Source of the DNA: Eledone cirrhosa
Lineage: Eukaryota
NCBI GenBank assembly: GCA_964016885.1
Contig: OZ024742.1
Coordinates: 134,230,001-134,294,000 of the forward strand
DNA length: 64,000 nucleotides
Direction: 5' to 3'
The notes under the pieces were generated by a model, which was given only the letters and a program-made list of their open reading frames with translations, was not told where the DNA came from and made no database searches. The translations under genes and the position numbers were made by a program. Position 1 is the first letter of the stretch; each line of letters opens with the position of its first letter. Shown here in pieces: positions 1 through 15,513 of this stretch.

Positions 1-1541
1 GGGTATATGTATGTATTGAATGATAGAAGAACGTACAGCATTGCTTATAAACATGTATCAGTATAGGTTTCGATTATTATAGTGAGAAAATATTGCTAAT
101 GAAAAAGTTTGTGTTTTGCATGAAAAGTTTCTCTGCATTGTATTTCTGATCTTCAGAAGACTAAAGTTCAAATGAGTTGAGAGAAACTACAAGACATAAA
201 AAAAGATGAAATATTTGTAGGTATTGAACGTAAAATATTATACAAAAACAAAAGAAAAATGTATAGAGGAAAACAAAGAGATCTATTAATAAATATTGCT
301 GTTCGTATTCCTGAGCTTTAACAAGAAATTATTATATTTATGCATAAACCACATGTGTTAATTTAAGATTGCCACCAGAATGAATCTATAAGTTATTTTG
401 ACGCATTAAACTTTTCCACGCCTTGAGCAAAGAATTGCAACTTTATATATTTAGAGTTATATTCGTTGTAGTCGTACATATGTTTCTTTATCTTCTTACA
501 TGTGTCTATCTTTCAATTTTGATGACGGACTAATATCCAAAGATTTGTGTCAATTTTCCATCTATATAAAGTGTAATTGTGTGTATGGGCCTATACGAAA
601 CGAGACGAGAGATATTTCCAGAATTTGCATTTGGGAATCTAAGTAGTGGCATTTCACAATGTGAGTTGAAAAAAGTGTTAATGAGTGGTGGACATCATTA
701 GTACAAACACAGTCACAAAACCACACACCTGCTCACACACGCACACAGATGACACGCCGAACCACGCGAGAAGCTATCCATACACGCACTAGGAAATATA
801 GCCAAATTCATTTGACATGCATAGAAAGCAAATAGGGTGTAACATTATATGGATTCTAATACAAGAGTTTCTTATGATATTTGTATATATCTCATTATTG
901 ATTTGTATTTTCTACTAAAAAAAAAAACATACATGTTTCTAGAAATCTTCCAAGTAAACAATGAAGTCCACGTATATGTTTTCATGATCAATTTAGGTTA
1001 TATGGGTATATCTCAAATAGAACACAGCCCTAAACTTTCAAAACCAAATAGCGTCCCTCTATATCAAAATGCGAAAGTCCTAGGGTTATGATGAAACATG
1101 AATTGCACTGAGCCGTCTCACATTTGAGACAGAACGGGGCCTGTTCCTCATCCACTTAGTTATATCCCCAACGAGTCTTTCATACATCGAATACTATCAA
1201 GAGAATCAGAATTTCCTTCACTTGATAAAGAGGTTCTAAACTCAAAATAGGAAATATAGGGTAAAGCATTATTCTTTCATGTCATCGTTTTTACTAAATG
1301 CTAGTCATGTTACTCTATTATATTTCCGATGCACATTGTAAAGCCTTTCGCAATAGATTCATAATTATATATCTCACAATACGTTATATAAATTATATAA
1401 ATACACATTCAGCTGATTATTGTCTACTTTAGAAAATGATTTACTGCAAATAAATCTTCGATCAAATGGATCACTGAAACAATCGCCAGCTGAATGTTAC
1501 ATATCACATATTGCAACGCTTTATATTGCAAATTGGGTTGG

Positions 1542-1577
<36 letters not shown>

Positions 1578-2199
1578 TATAGTATAAGCAACATTTCATA
1601 CATTTTACATATATAATACTACCATTGCTCTTGGGGTCAAGTTATATCCATCACTGTACATTGGAGTAAGCAATTTTAAAATGGCCCTTTATTTCTGCAC
1701 GTACACAAGCATGGGAAATATGACGAATTATTCCTCTAAGTCATGGAAATTCAAGTCGGGGAGATATTTGAAACAGAGTAAGTAAATCTGCCTCGAAATC
1801 TGTCTGTAGTTTAAAATCTCAACATTCTATGTTGTTTTCTTTTTGTGTTTTGTCTACTAGAGAGGCTATGAGAGTCGACTCTTGAAATTATCAGTTACTT
1901 TGTAAATAGCAAAAATGATTAAAGTAGTTATAATTAATTGTGTCTACATACAAATACAGAAACACGCCCACATATGTATACATTTGCGCCCATCCATACG
2001 GATATATATATATGTGTGTGTGTATATATATATGTGTGTGGGTGTGTGTGTGTGTGTGAGTGTGCGTGATGTGCGTGTGTGTATGTGTGTACATATGTCT
2101 GTAAATATGTATATTCCATTAAAACTTGTGTCAAAATTGACATTTCTCCAAACCTACGTTCTGAGATGTAAAAGAGTGTATGTATGCATGCTTTTTAGT

Positions 2200-2990
2200 T
2201 GCAGTGTGGTGTTGTAACTTTAAGGTCTTTTGATGTAATAAAGGCCTGAATATTTCTCTCCTTGACGTACACAGAGCAAGCATTTCTTGCTTCCGTTTTA
2301 ATATGGCGTTGACCTTTCAAGTACTTTCCAAGTGATGCTACGGAGTATTCGCTTTTCTTTTAGCTGTGAAAGCCAGTTTGCAAGTTCTGAGGTGGTTTTC
2401 ATTGTGTGATGCCTAAACGAGAGGAAAGGTGCAAGTAGAATCCTTTTATAAATCAGTCCTGGACCGTTTCTTCATATTTTCCGCCGGACTTTGGCTTGTT
2501 GGCGTTTCTGTATATGATCTCTAATTTATATATTATGCATATAACATTATAGTTTTGTTGTAATTGACAAGAGCACCCTGGATGTTCATATGGTTAGTTC
2601 TTTGTAGTTATTTTCGATTTCGTGGATTGGGCACAAAAATAGGAAACTCTTTGAATGTCAATTGAAGATCTTACTGTTTGTATATTGAGGGTTAAGGAGC
2701 TGATCGATAAGGTCTAAACAGTTATTATATATGCTAGTTTTATATTTAGTGAGAGGCATGAAGCAGATTAATTTTTCTGTTTCTATTGTTATTTCTAGGT
2801 AGGTGTCTATTAGTTATGTAATATATATATTCTTTAAATCCACTATATTGGAGGGTCCTCTTATAGTAAAGTTCCGTCGATTCAAATATCCCTCTGCTGG
2901 TAATCATAAGTACATGATGAATGTGTTCTTCCAACTGAGTCTCATGTTTTGGTTTTGGACTATAAACTCCTTCATTCACAAGTAAACTAT
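2200..2990 (-). mobile_element. Degenerate Penelope-like element fragment (RT C-terminus/GIY-YIG region)
   Basis: Minus-strand peptides ...ITSRGIFESTELYYKRTLQYSGFKE (ORF 2746-2979), FRHHTMKTTSELANWLSQLKEK (~2350-2420) and KKCLLCV (~2270-2290) resemble PLE motifs (LSS..EIF....YY..AL..SGY; ..TELSK.IW.LK; C.LC). Interrupted by stops and frameshifts. Confidence 0.55.
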
Positions 2991-3648
2991 ATTATTTTTG
3001 AATATTTTTCTGATTATTAAAATTGAAATAAATTATGAGTGAATTACGGAGTTATCTTTAATTTGCATAACAATAACATTATCGTTTTTCTAATATTCTT
3101 TTTTGGACCTGATTCCATTTATTACTAAACCAGATGCAATTTCATTTTCTTAGCACTCAATATAAGTTAGTAAAAATATTCCGGATTATATGATAAGGAA
3201 AGGCATGTGTAATCTTAGCAGATTTGATATCATGTAAGTGATAACTATCTACTTAATAGTTAGTTAGATTCTAATTTATAAGCATTAATATTTGTAATCT
3301 TACCCAAAGAAACGTGTATCACGGTCTGTGGAAGATAACCTGAAGCAATGGGCTATGTAATACAGATTTCTGAGTTTCTATTTTTTTCTTTATTTTAAAG
3401 GAAATATCAATTGTCTGCTGAGAACATCATTAATTCACTTACACAATTCGGTGCTGTTATTAAATTTACTGATGCATAGATTGATATCATGACAATATTC
3501 ATAGTATTTACAAACATGAGATGCCAATTATATGAGACTTTTGCCAGATAAATAATATTATTTTTAACGATATACACTCCCATCTATACAATGGAATAAT
3601 AAGGCACACACAAAATGTACGCATAAACACAATCGAAAAGATGTAAAT

Positions 3649-3723
3649 AATTGTTTTTACTTTAGGCACAAGGCCAGCAATTACCCAGTGCATTACTGGT
3701 ACTTTATTTTATCGACCCCGTAA
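3649..3723 (-). mobile_element. Partial tRNA-derived SINE (3' part)
   Basis: Reverse complement of the family tail ggggtcgataaaataaagtaccagtaatgcactgggtaattgctggccttgtgcc. Confidence 0.75.
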
Positions 3724-3817
3724 TGCTTAACGTGTCGATTATATTAAGCACACCGGGTTGATCCTTCATTCAGTTTGTAGACAAGCATATATTTGACAGT
3801 AATACAAAGAGTGAGAG

Positions 3818-3882
3818 ACACACACACGCACACACACACACACACATACACACACACACACACATACACACACACGCACACA

Positions 3883-3959
<77 letters not shown>

Positions 3960-3970
3960 ACATATATATA
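3818..3970. repeat. (CA)n microsatellite
   Basis: Long, nearly pure CA run. Confidence 0.95.
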
Positions 3971-4984
3971 ATTACGGTAAATATTGATGCAATTCAATTC
4001 AAGCTCTCTCCGTACTTTTTCCACATAGGAACGACGGGGTATATTTAGAATAAATAAGAAAATGCGAAGTATTGTCAGATGTTAAAATCCTTTATTGATA
4101 AGGCTATGGTACATATTTCAATGATGATATTGGCCACGCGATTCCAACTAACCAGTGGCATGATCACATCAAACAGCTTCTTATATAATAAGGTTACGTT
4201 CTCGAGGCAATCCAAATTAAAGCGACAAGGAAACGGACAAATACCATGTTCTTGAAGCCTTCACCCGATCTCTTGTGAGCCCTAATTTCCCTCCGCAGTT
4301 TTCGTATATGTGAGGTAAGTTTACCATCTAACGACTACCCAAAATAATTGAAGTTGCCTAGGCATGTCCCTCCCCAAACAATCATCCCCATCCTGGCGGG
4401 TAAGATGACATGGTCATAGGGTTCACGCCAGCCACTATGTTATAGTTTAGTGCTGAGCCTATTCCAGCAGCAGCCGAACAAATATGTGGTAGTGGTTGAG
4501 TATAAGTTTCAATGCGACCCCTATTTATGCTTGGACAATGCAATTGACCATCACACACGAAGAGAATATAAAATTCCAAGTTCTAGATATGACGGTTTCA
4601 CAATGGAAATTAAAATTAAAATTAGTTATAAGATTGAAAATTATAAATTAAAAGTTGATTGAAGTTAATAAAAAATAAATAAATAGGAATATATAAAAAT
4701 GATAGTTATAAATTATGAAAAGTGTATCAATATTGGATATTAAAGATATATTATCCATTATTGAATGATATTACCGTAATGAAGAATAGAAGATTAATTT
4801 GAATTATAAAACGTAATAATTAAACAAACAGTTAGTTATCTTCGGCTATCACATGAATCAAAACTAAAAAATATATGTCGTTTTACGCTGGATTGCCTCG
4901 AGAACTTCTCACGAGTTTCAGCTAAGTGAAGAAAATATGATAGTTTAAGAAAATCCACTTCCAATGTTGATTAGTTCACAATGG

Positions 4985-5620
4985 TGAATAGAAATGCATT
5001 GTAGACCTTCGAGAGAACATTGAAACAACCAGAACAGCACAACAATCATCGGCTGAATCACAGTCGTTATAGCAGGGGCTTTCCAAAACACTTTAACCTG
5101 TGGCATGATGGGGAGCTGCACTGATCAAGTTTGAGCCTGAAAACCTGAACAGTTTACAAACCAACAATTTTGCAGAGTTAGCTCGAAAGTTTCAGAAACG
5201 GTGAAAGCAAAATATTCCATGTTACTGAAGCTTGTGTTGATCATTAATCATTTTGTATTGTTGCGGAAAGGCTTGATAATGTAATAAATGATGCTTTCCC
5301 AAATTTGGAAATCCACTATTCCAACGAGGAATGGCTCAGTGGAAGCGCAACACCTTCCCCATAAATCATCACAATGAATGCCATAAAAAAATATCTCACG
5401 AATGATCACTGGATACAGCCAAACATAGATACATCAACAACGTTGTCGAATAAGTCGCAGCTGTTCATTATACTGTTGAAAATTTCAACAATTGGGAACC
5501 GTTCGGTATGTCTCTACACAACCTTGAATATAAGTAATGTGCAATCATCATGCTTCTCAGTAACCTGAATCAGCCAATATTGTGCAATGGAACGTTCTAC
5601 AGAAATTATGGAAATCTACT
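4985..5620 (+). pseudogene. Highly decayed Helitron PIF1-like helicase relic
   Basis: 5541-5600 translates AIIMLLSNLNQPILCNGTFY (cf. PIMLLRNL.P..LCNGTRL). ~5295-5350 gives FPNLEIHYSNEEWLSGSA, and ~5065-5100 is GDF.Q.LP-like. The motif order matches the 16.6-18.2 kb copy. Confidence 0.65.
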
Positions 5621-6307
5621 TTGAGTTTTATTATGGGTTTTGACGCGGGATTCCTGGGCGCCAAATGTATTGGAACTGAGCTCTAATATGTTAAGATCAA
5701 ATTGATGTTAGGCGTCTCTTTGAATTAATGTGATCATATTTCTCGAAAGGATTAATAAATATTATGCATAACTTATTATCCATTACAACAAATAATTGGG
5801 AACGCACTGAATTATAAAACAAACCAAAAATTTAATTTGAGACGAACTAAAATAGCAGAAATCTTTCACAGCAAAATTGGTCGAAGAAAGCTTATGGGGA
5901 AAATAAAACTAATTAAATATTGTGAGTACGATGAATTAGATAAATACCATATAAAAGAAATCGTGCAAGGAATATCAGTAGTTTCCGACGTTTTCCAGGA
6001 ATCATCCCCAAACACTTTGTAGAAGATATGGACATAGTGAAGGAGGTGCAGCATGACTGTTAATGCCAGATTTCAACAGTAACGAAATATCGAACAAATT
6101 ATCAGCCACTATCAGTAAGCATTTAGAAGTAGTGTATAGAATGTTCTATTTGAGGTACGCATGTTTGTAGGTAATAAATATTGTTGTTTGATTTATTTCA
6201 AAACTGACTGCAGAGCTAAGAAAAGCATTCATACTTTAACGCAAAATGATGAACAATCAAGACAACATAGAATGCTAAAATATATGTTATATGTAATAAT
6301 ATACTTA

Positions 6308-6380
<73 letters not shown>

Positions 6381-7524
6381 CTGTGTGTGTGTGGGGGGGG
6401 GGGTGTATGTGTGTGTATGTGTGTGTATGTGTGTGTATGTGTGTGTGTACAGAGAGAGTGAGGGTGAAATAAAAGGAGAAAAATAGAGAGAAAGAGAAGT
6501 GACATGCAAAAGGTTTTTGCTAATATTAGAATGATATGCTATGTTTGTAACCGAAAGTAATCGCTGGGGTTATGTTACCAAGTTTACTGTCTCTTCTATT
6601 ATGAGAACAGATACGTAAAACAAAACAAATTGCTAAGGTCGTCAGATCACCAACTCCAGCGAAATGAAAATGTAATCAAACAGAAACTGGAGTATCTCTC
6701 AATGAGCATATGACAAATTAGATTTATCTATCAGTAAAATATTATAAAATTCTAAGAACACAACAAATTTAGCACTACAATTGCAGACATCATAACTGAA
6801 ATAACCTAATTTCCTCCATATTCTAAATATACTAATGTATCAATAGAAAATAAGCAAACGAACATTCTTTTCTATTAGCCAAAATAATATTTTATATATT
6901 TATGTATGAAAATATTGAAAATATCTCAGCTTCTAATAACTGTTTACATGGCAGAAATATGCAATTCAATCTAGAATGTTTTTCTTACATTGATTAGATA
7001 TACATTTCAAAACCGCCAATTCTTTTGTAAGCAATTCATAAACATAGAATGCACAGAGAATGTGCTATCAATGTAATTTATGTAAACTGAAAAAACAGTT
7101 AAATGTAATATCAAACAGTTACTCGTAGTCATTCTGGGATAGCTCTCTAAGAAACAAGCCGGATACATCAGCAATATTATTAATTTACAAGATTACAACG
7201 CACCTTATATATTCTAACCTAGCCCAATAGAAATTTATGATAAAACTCACTACTGACACTAGAGATGTTGTAAACACTGTATAAAATTATAATATGTAGG
7301 ATATTTCCTCTCAACTGATTCAATATTACATAAAAACAATGAAACAATATAATTGAAACAAACTGTTACATAATTGTAAAAACTCACATGGAGATCAACT
7401 CCAACAAAACAAGGAATTATCTAAACAAAGAATTATAATTTCTGTAATTTGTAATTGATTATTATAACGGCGATGTTACATGGAAAAAATGGAGATTTTC
7501 TATTGAATAAAGGAAATGTTCAAA

Positions 7525-7905
7525 ACGCCTTCATGGTTAGAGCGTCAGACACGATGCTTTTCATCATATACTTATGGCCCTTTACCTTCTGGGTTCAAAT
7601 CCCACCGAGGTTAAATTTACCTTTGACCCTTACGGGGTCGATAAAATAAAGCACCGGTAATGTACTGGGGTCGATTTAATTTCCCCTCCACCCCAGATTA
7701 CTGGCCTTGTGCCTATACAAGTGTGTTGGCAGTATCGGTAGAGGGTTGGACGCCATGCTTTGACGCATAGAGTTACGGCGCTTGCCATTGTGAGTTCAAA
7801 TCCCGCCGAGGTTAACTTTGCCTTTCATCCTTACGGGGTCGATAACATAAAGTACCAGTAATGCTGGACTTGTGTAGAAACAAGTACTAAAGTAGAAACA
7901 ATTAT
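7525..7905 (+). mobile_element. Two tandem tRNA-derived SINE copies (~7525-7720 and ~7725-7905)
   Basis: A-box-like tggcagtatcgg, B-box gttcaaatcc, body ccgccgaggttaactttgcctttcatccttacggggtcgataa and an (att)n tail. About ten copies in the window; resembles octopus tRNA-derived SINE families. Confidence 0.8.
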
Positions 7906-8199
7906 TATTGGTTGTCGGACTGAGAAGACATGTAGTACATTTGCAAAACTTTCCGTTCTAATGGACGGTTATAACCTTTTGTAAAGTGTATGTGCCCTGT
8001 GAAGGGGAGACGTTTATAATATATGGGCCACTTTGTTTATTTTTTGTCTATTTAAAAAAGAATGGATGAGACGCACGCCCCAACACTAAGTCTGCCGTCT
8101 TGTGATAGCGACTTGTAAGTTGGGAGTAGGGACAACATGATAACCGCAATTATGGACCAACAAAAAAGTAATTACAAACACAACATGAAACAACACATT

Positions 8200-11100
8200 C
8201 ACCAACACTACCACAAAGAACGTGAACAACGAGAGCAACAACAGCAACAGAGAAACAAGTAACGAGAACAATGACAACAACTTCAGGAGCAACAACGTAG
8301 TTGAAAACACAGCACTAATTGCACCAAGAACAACACCAACTGCAACAGCGGCAACAACAAACACAACATCACCGACAACGACAAAAGCAACAACAACAAT
8401 ATGAACATCAAAAAACCGGGCAACAGCAACACGGACAACAATGAGAACACTTTGGATGCTGCAGCAGACAAAAAGAAGCCATGCTTCACCATGGACCACA
8501 GTAAAAGAACAAAACAATGTTGGCCTAGGAATAGAAGGTCATCAAACAAGAGCAAACCTGGGCCAACTTATCTGTACCGGATGAAGCGGCAATCATTTCA
8601 GAAGTCGAAATTGAAGCTGGGCTGAGGTGCCACAGGGATGACCCCGAATAGATAACGAGGTACGTACAATAACGTACCATCTCGGTGCTGTTTACGTTGA
8701 TGCCTCTGCTATTAAACAGGCAACGATCACATGAAAAACCAGCAAGAACATTGTGTGCCCTAACACAAGGGATAAAGAACAGTAGGAGTCCAAATTCCCA
8801 GACTTCCCCCAGCACGTATGCGTGATTGCGGGGGTGACAGATACCGCTCCGATCGCCAGGGAGGGCTTGTCCGTGGGTAATCTGGAGATACTTCAGAAGA
8901 TCAAGCATAAAGAACCGAGAAAATCCCGGACCACATCCGTCTCCAATACGGAACAGTCCTTCATGTAATACCCGGGTGCAAAACGTCACAGTTTCATCTT
9001 CGGGGAATCAACACATTTGCTAGATATATGCCATTAACTGAAGAATTCACGGGGTCGTAAATCAGCACTGCTGCCAACACCTTGTCGGACACCTCCACCA
9101 ACGCCAGCACCGACAACACCACCAGCAGCAACAACAGCGCAAACGCCACTTCCAGCTTTGACCATTCATTGGGAAAACGAGGGAAGCTCCTCCCACAAAC
9201 ACACGCACATAGATACACAAACACACAGACCCAGACACCTCGTCTTCCGGTAGCAAAAACGAGGCAAATCCTAAAGCCGAAAAAAAGACAAGAAAATACA
9301 AAAACAAAACATGACAAAAACACCAACAACATAAAATGCAGACAACGCCCACACAACAAACTGAAACACTTCCCAAACACTACCAATACAATCCCCCAAA
9401 CGCAAATATCCAAAACAAACATATGAACAAAGGAAATCATAAATAACAGAAATCAAAGACACCACATTACAACACAGACAGATACACGTAAAACAACACC
9501 AACAAAACTATATAACCACAATGGCCCTAAAACAATCAACCACACCAAACACGAGAACAACACAAAACACACAGCTTCGAACTATTAAGAACGGCCAACA
9601 AGGATTTGATGGCCCTGATAGCACGAAGGCAAGACATATAAAAGGAGGTAGAAATCTTCTGCCACATCACATTTCGCGTAGCTGAGGATGTAACGGTGGT
9701 ATGTATGTCGATCGCTTTCATGTAAAGAGATTAGGAAATCCTTCCTCGAGACGTGGGATCTCTGAATATGAAACCCTCATCAAGACTTTTAAGGGGGCAC
9801 GAAAAGGAAACCCCTACTAACTATAGAGGCGGAACCTGCGGACCTACACAAACTACTCGAGTGGCATGTAAACATTTCCTCTCTTTGTTTGCCTGCTAAC
9901 ATGACCATCCTAAGAGTAATTTGTTTAAATGTTTGTGGTTTGGGAACTCGTGGAAGCATGTGTTATCTGCTAAACGACCTCAGGTCTTGGATGTGATTAC
10001 CGTTAGCGAGACCAGGTTTACCGACACACGCGGACAAGTCCACATTTTCGACGTCTATCAAATCTTGACATCTTTTAGTCAACCAGTAATGGGAATTTGG
10101 ATGGCATTACTGTTAATGAAAGGCATGGATTTCGAGGTAATGTCGATCTCCCGGGACTTCGACAGAAAGTTTGTGATCTTCGCCGTGAATAATAGCAAAG
10201 ATGTTGCCTTTAGATTGGCGGCCGTCTACACCTCGACCGAGACGGGACGACCGGACGTCTTAAAGGTGCCTGGAAGTGATTTTGGTAACTCAGACGCCTT
10301 CTGGGATTGTATAGTTGTAGCTGATAGGAGCGGGAGTTGCAAAAGTCTCAAGTACCTGATCAGCCAGTTCCAACTGTCTGACAGGTACCTCTATATTTCC
10401 CTAATTCTCTAGTGTAGACCTGATCTAAACATATAGGATCATCTAGTATGTATATAAATATGTTTCTTATTAGATCAATAGATCCAATGTGCAACCAAAC
10501 GCCTATTTAGATCGAACAGTTAGTGATCTGTATGAAGATCTGGTTACTGAGAGATGAACATGATGTTTTCCGCACATATGGCTTACAGGGACCGGATCAA
10601 CAATTTAGTTAAGAAAAAGTTGACAGGGGATGACGTCAAAAAAACTTGTTGTGATATCTCACAAAATAGAGATTTGAGTAATCTCGATAGGTTTTTTCAA
10701 AGAAGTAGTGTGAGAGAAAAATAGAAAGGAGGTGGGAGCTTAATTTGACGAGGCTATTTGTAGTGATATACAACAGACATGCTAGAGCCGAAAATGGCAT
10801 AAGACCATCGTAGCAATGTGAAACACGAAGCTTGCATTTGAGGGCTAAGCTTGTGCTCTAAAAAGTGAGGGAACAAAACTGTTTGATGGGCTGGCGGGGC
10901 AGGGGCGCAAAAAGGTAGCAAAAACACAATTCGGTCTTTGACGGGCCTAAGCAAACGCGAGCTGAACGATTCGAGGCAGGTGTTTGAGGACTTTCCCCAA
11001 CACTTTGCTCAAGTGTTCGAGCGGAGTAGGGCCGCAGACGTTAGCGGATTTATGTCCCTATTTCTACGGCCTACCATATCTCTCGATGCCGATGTCGAAC

Positions 11101-12300
11101 GCTGCAAAATACCGATGAATTAAGCCTAGATTCGGGATGACTTAGTCGGATGCTCCGGGCTCAAATCACCCGGTTAAGATAGTCAGCCCTACCAGCTTTA
11201 CGTAGGTAAGCCACACCTGCTCTTTCTCTCGAAGAACTCTATTTAAACCTTCAGCTTAACGGGAATATTCCGTTCTGCGAGCTGGGGCGTAGTGATGCCG
11301 ATAAGGAAAGACAACAACAAGAGAGATTCGTTAGATATCTTCAGGCCCATAGCTCGACTAAACACAGAGTTTAAGATTTTTACCAAAGTATTAGCGGGGG
11401 TTGGCGTTTATGGTCGAGGATTTGGTAGGGGGAGGAGCAAACTTACGCAATCACGGCCAGGACCATACACGACAACCACTACCACATGTGTTACATTAAA
11501 ACAGGGAGGATGCAACCATGGCTTCGGTGGGTGTATGATGAATTTAAAACAATCAAAAGCTTTCCAAATGTTCGACCATTGATATTTAAATTCCGCCCTG
11601 AAGACAGCTGGATCACTGCAATGCACAGCAGCATCTGTTCGGTTGTTTAAGTTAATGTCCATATTTCTGAACTGTTTTGGATCTCCCGAACGGTCCGTCA
11701 GGGGTGCCCTCTCTCCTTTCTTCTCTATGTATTTACTCTCGAGACTTTACTGTGGACGCTGGAGCAATAGCTCGAAACGGGGTGTGGAACGGCTGTGTTG
11801 ACATATGCGGTGGACATCACCATGATGTTATCGACCGCCTTGAAAATCAAATCACCTTTTTGGAAGAATATGATAGGTTGACGGAAGTAAAACTAAACCA
11901 GGAAACGTCGGTGGGCCTGCAACGTCGGTGGGCCTGCACCTGGAGAGCCAAATCCATGCTGTCGAACAGCGTTGTCGGGCACGCACTGGACGGACGGACC
12001 CACAAAATTGCTCGGGATTAGGATCGGATCTGACCTCCAGGTGAATAAGTACTGCGACGAGGTTACGTGGTTAGCAATCTGACTCTGAAATAAGCCGAAA
12101 GAAAGCTCTCCCTGAAAAATCTGTCGGGTGTGGTAATCGCATATATTGCGTCCATCATCTACTGCCGCCTGCCCGTCGTACATTGCACCCCCCACCCCCC
12201 ACCCCCACCCCCACCCCCACCCCCACCCCCGTTTGCACCTCACCAAATCGGAACGGGTCCCCTTCAACTTCTTTTGGAGGGGACAAGTTCCGTTGGTGAT
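8200..12300 (+). mobile_element. Decayed L1/Tx1-like non-LTR retrotransposon (ORF1-like region, APE endonuclease, RT)
   Basis: Endonuclease-like LDVITVSETRF and FRLAAVY (9921-10412). RT motifs KDNNKRDSLDIFRPIARLNTEFKIFTKVLA and NLKQSKAFQMFDH (11292-11582), plus gtcaggggtgccctctctc (RQGCPLS-like, ~11698). Multiple stops and frameshifts. Confidence 0.8.
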
Positions 12301-12348
12301 CTGTTCAATTTAGAGGATCTCATGTGTCTGCATTATTACCACTATCGT

Positions 12349-12431
12349 GGTTAACTTTGCCTCGAGAAAATAAAGTACCAGTAATGCACTGGATTATTGC
12401 TGGCCTTGTGCCAACAGTAGAAACAATTATA
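12349..12431 (+). mobile_element. Truncated SINE tail
   Basis: ggttaactttgcc...aaaataaagtaccagtaatgcactgg...gctggccttgtgcc...gaaacaattat. Confidence 0.7.
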
Positions 12432-12810
12432 ACCACTACGCATTATTTTTTCCGATCCATAATATTTCGTTAACCAACCCTAATATTCGACAAGACAAAA
12501 TAAATTTTGCGGAACATTCTGATATATTTATATATTATGCTTTTGTTGTCACATTTGCCACATATCTGTATACTCCATTTTTCTTTTCATCAGCTCAAAT
12601 TTACTCGTTACGAATTAATAAATTTGCATCGTTTCTTCATCTCAGGTCACTTATTTGATGTATAAATCGTTCATTTAGGCAACAAGAGATCATAATCCTG
12701 AACCACTGTAATCTTGCATGTTTTGTGACACTCTCTACATTTTCAAATGCGACCTCAACTTCGTATTCTACTGACGGACGTTGAGACCTTACAATGCATC
12801 TGCAGTGGTA

Positions 12811-12855
<45 letters not shown>

Positions 12856-13066
12856 CCCCCCACACACACACTCACACACACATATATATATATATATTTG
12901 CTAGTTTCAGAAGATCCGCTTAAGGGTGAAATCAGCGATTGTTTGCTTAAATTTTAATCTGTTATTTTAATAAATATTTTTACTACGGTACGGTTCTTAT
13001 ATATTTGATATATATTTATCCTTATCGAGACCTCTTTGGGTTTTAGTCATCAAATGTATTATTATT

Positions 13067-14091
<1,025 letters not shown>

Positions 14092-14094
<3 letters not shown>

Positions 14095-14698
14095 TGGCTG
14101 CCAACTCGTTTTCGAGTACGGCTACTACTTTATATCCATGTAGGAGCACTCCTACCAATGCGCTGAACGAATGTGACTTTAGTCCAGCCAGCGACTTGAA
14201 AACTCTGGTACAAACACTACACCTGTGACAATTATTGACACATAGTGCTAGGCCTATGGTACCATGTGACGACAAGTGCAGAGAGATCTCCAGATATAAA
14301 GCAATGCCTGTGCCGTGAAGCTTTTATAGTGAGCAAAGGCACTGCACAAAGCCCGTCCCATTCTTTTAACCAAGATGATATTTACCAAAAAGAAGAACAA
14401 ATCAACATCATTGGATACCATCAGGGTTGCAGGTGTTATATCAGAGTTTTCCTTCTCCTAGAATTCTGCCTTGACAAAGGCTAAGGGGTCATATCTCCCA
14501 ATGATTTTGGATGGCCATTGACTCTTAAGAGCTCCTTTGCCCTTTGACAGGTTTTGTTTTTAGTCGTGCAGGATGTCCAAAGTCACCCTCCTCACCAAGA
14601 AACCTTGGTGGGGTTGCCAGTTTAGTCGCCAACGACCCGACCATGAGACAGGTTGTACTGGGATACATGTTACCAGTAGCACCAACTGGTGACCTGAC
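14092..14698 (-). mobile_element. Short non-autonomous RTE-like derivative (same 3' end as 13181-13360 fused to a probable 5'-UTR segment), embedded in (TA)n
   Basis: 14092-14270 is a diverged copy of 13181-13360. 14500-14698 is a GC-richer segment resembling RTE 5' UTRs. Both ends are bounded by TA arrays. Confidence 0.55.
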
Positions 14699-14783
<85 letters not shown>

Positions 14784-15414
14784 TGTGTATATATATATAT
14801 AAATATATATATACATATATACATGTGTGTGTGTGTGTATTTATGCATGTGTGTGCTTGTGTGCGCTCTGTATTTGACTGCATTTCACCGTATGCACGAT
14901 TGATTGTAAACTCCCTACAGAATATTGTTTACGTGTATCTACTGTCATATAATGCAGAGAGGCATATTTATCATTATTATGAGTGCAGTTTTATGGGTTT
15001 CATTTTAGCAAAGAAACGGGACTTTTCCTTATACTATTCCATGTTTAACCCCATGGTAGGTTTTTACATGCGTTGCTACATTCTTTGAATTATTTTCTTA
15101 CAGCAATTACATAAAATGTGCATAAAAGGCAATAGCTTCATAAAATATATATCCCCAACGATAGGCTTTTTATTTTCGAATCTTACTTAATTGTGTGAAC
15201 TTTTGCTATATTGCTATACATACCAAGATACATACCTACATACATGCATACATATATACATACACACATACATACATACAGACATACATACATATGTATA
15301 TATATACATGCAAACATATACATACACACATACATACATACATACATACATACAGCCGTATACACATACATACATACTCATACACACTTATGTATGCATG
15401 TATATATATACATA

Positions 15415-15513
<99 letters not shown>

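Noticed and set aside
515-555. aatt TTGATGA cgga-ctaata-tcc aaag...gtc aatt, HHR-like
   Set aside because: C3 is lost without A8 compensation and GAAA is absent; at best a dead remnant.
7725-7810. tRNA-like A/B boxes
   Set aside because: These are SINE heads; no cloverleaf can be formed.
12905-12945. cagaaga tcc-gcttaa-gggt gaaa tcagcga tt, HHR-like; similar weak motifs at ~22476-22530, ~24280-24300 and ~56258-56362
   Set aside because: Core substitutions and/or missing helix I; cannot be supported individually.
14600-14698. Possible HDV-like ribozyme at the RTE-like 5' end (minus strand ccagt...gactaaactgg)
   Set aside because: No P1 5' strand or P1.1 pairing could be identified by eye.
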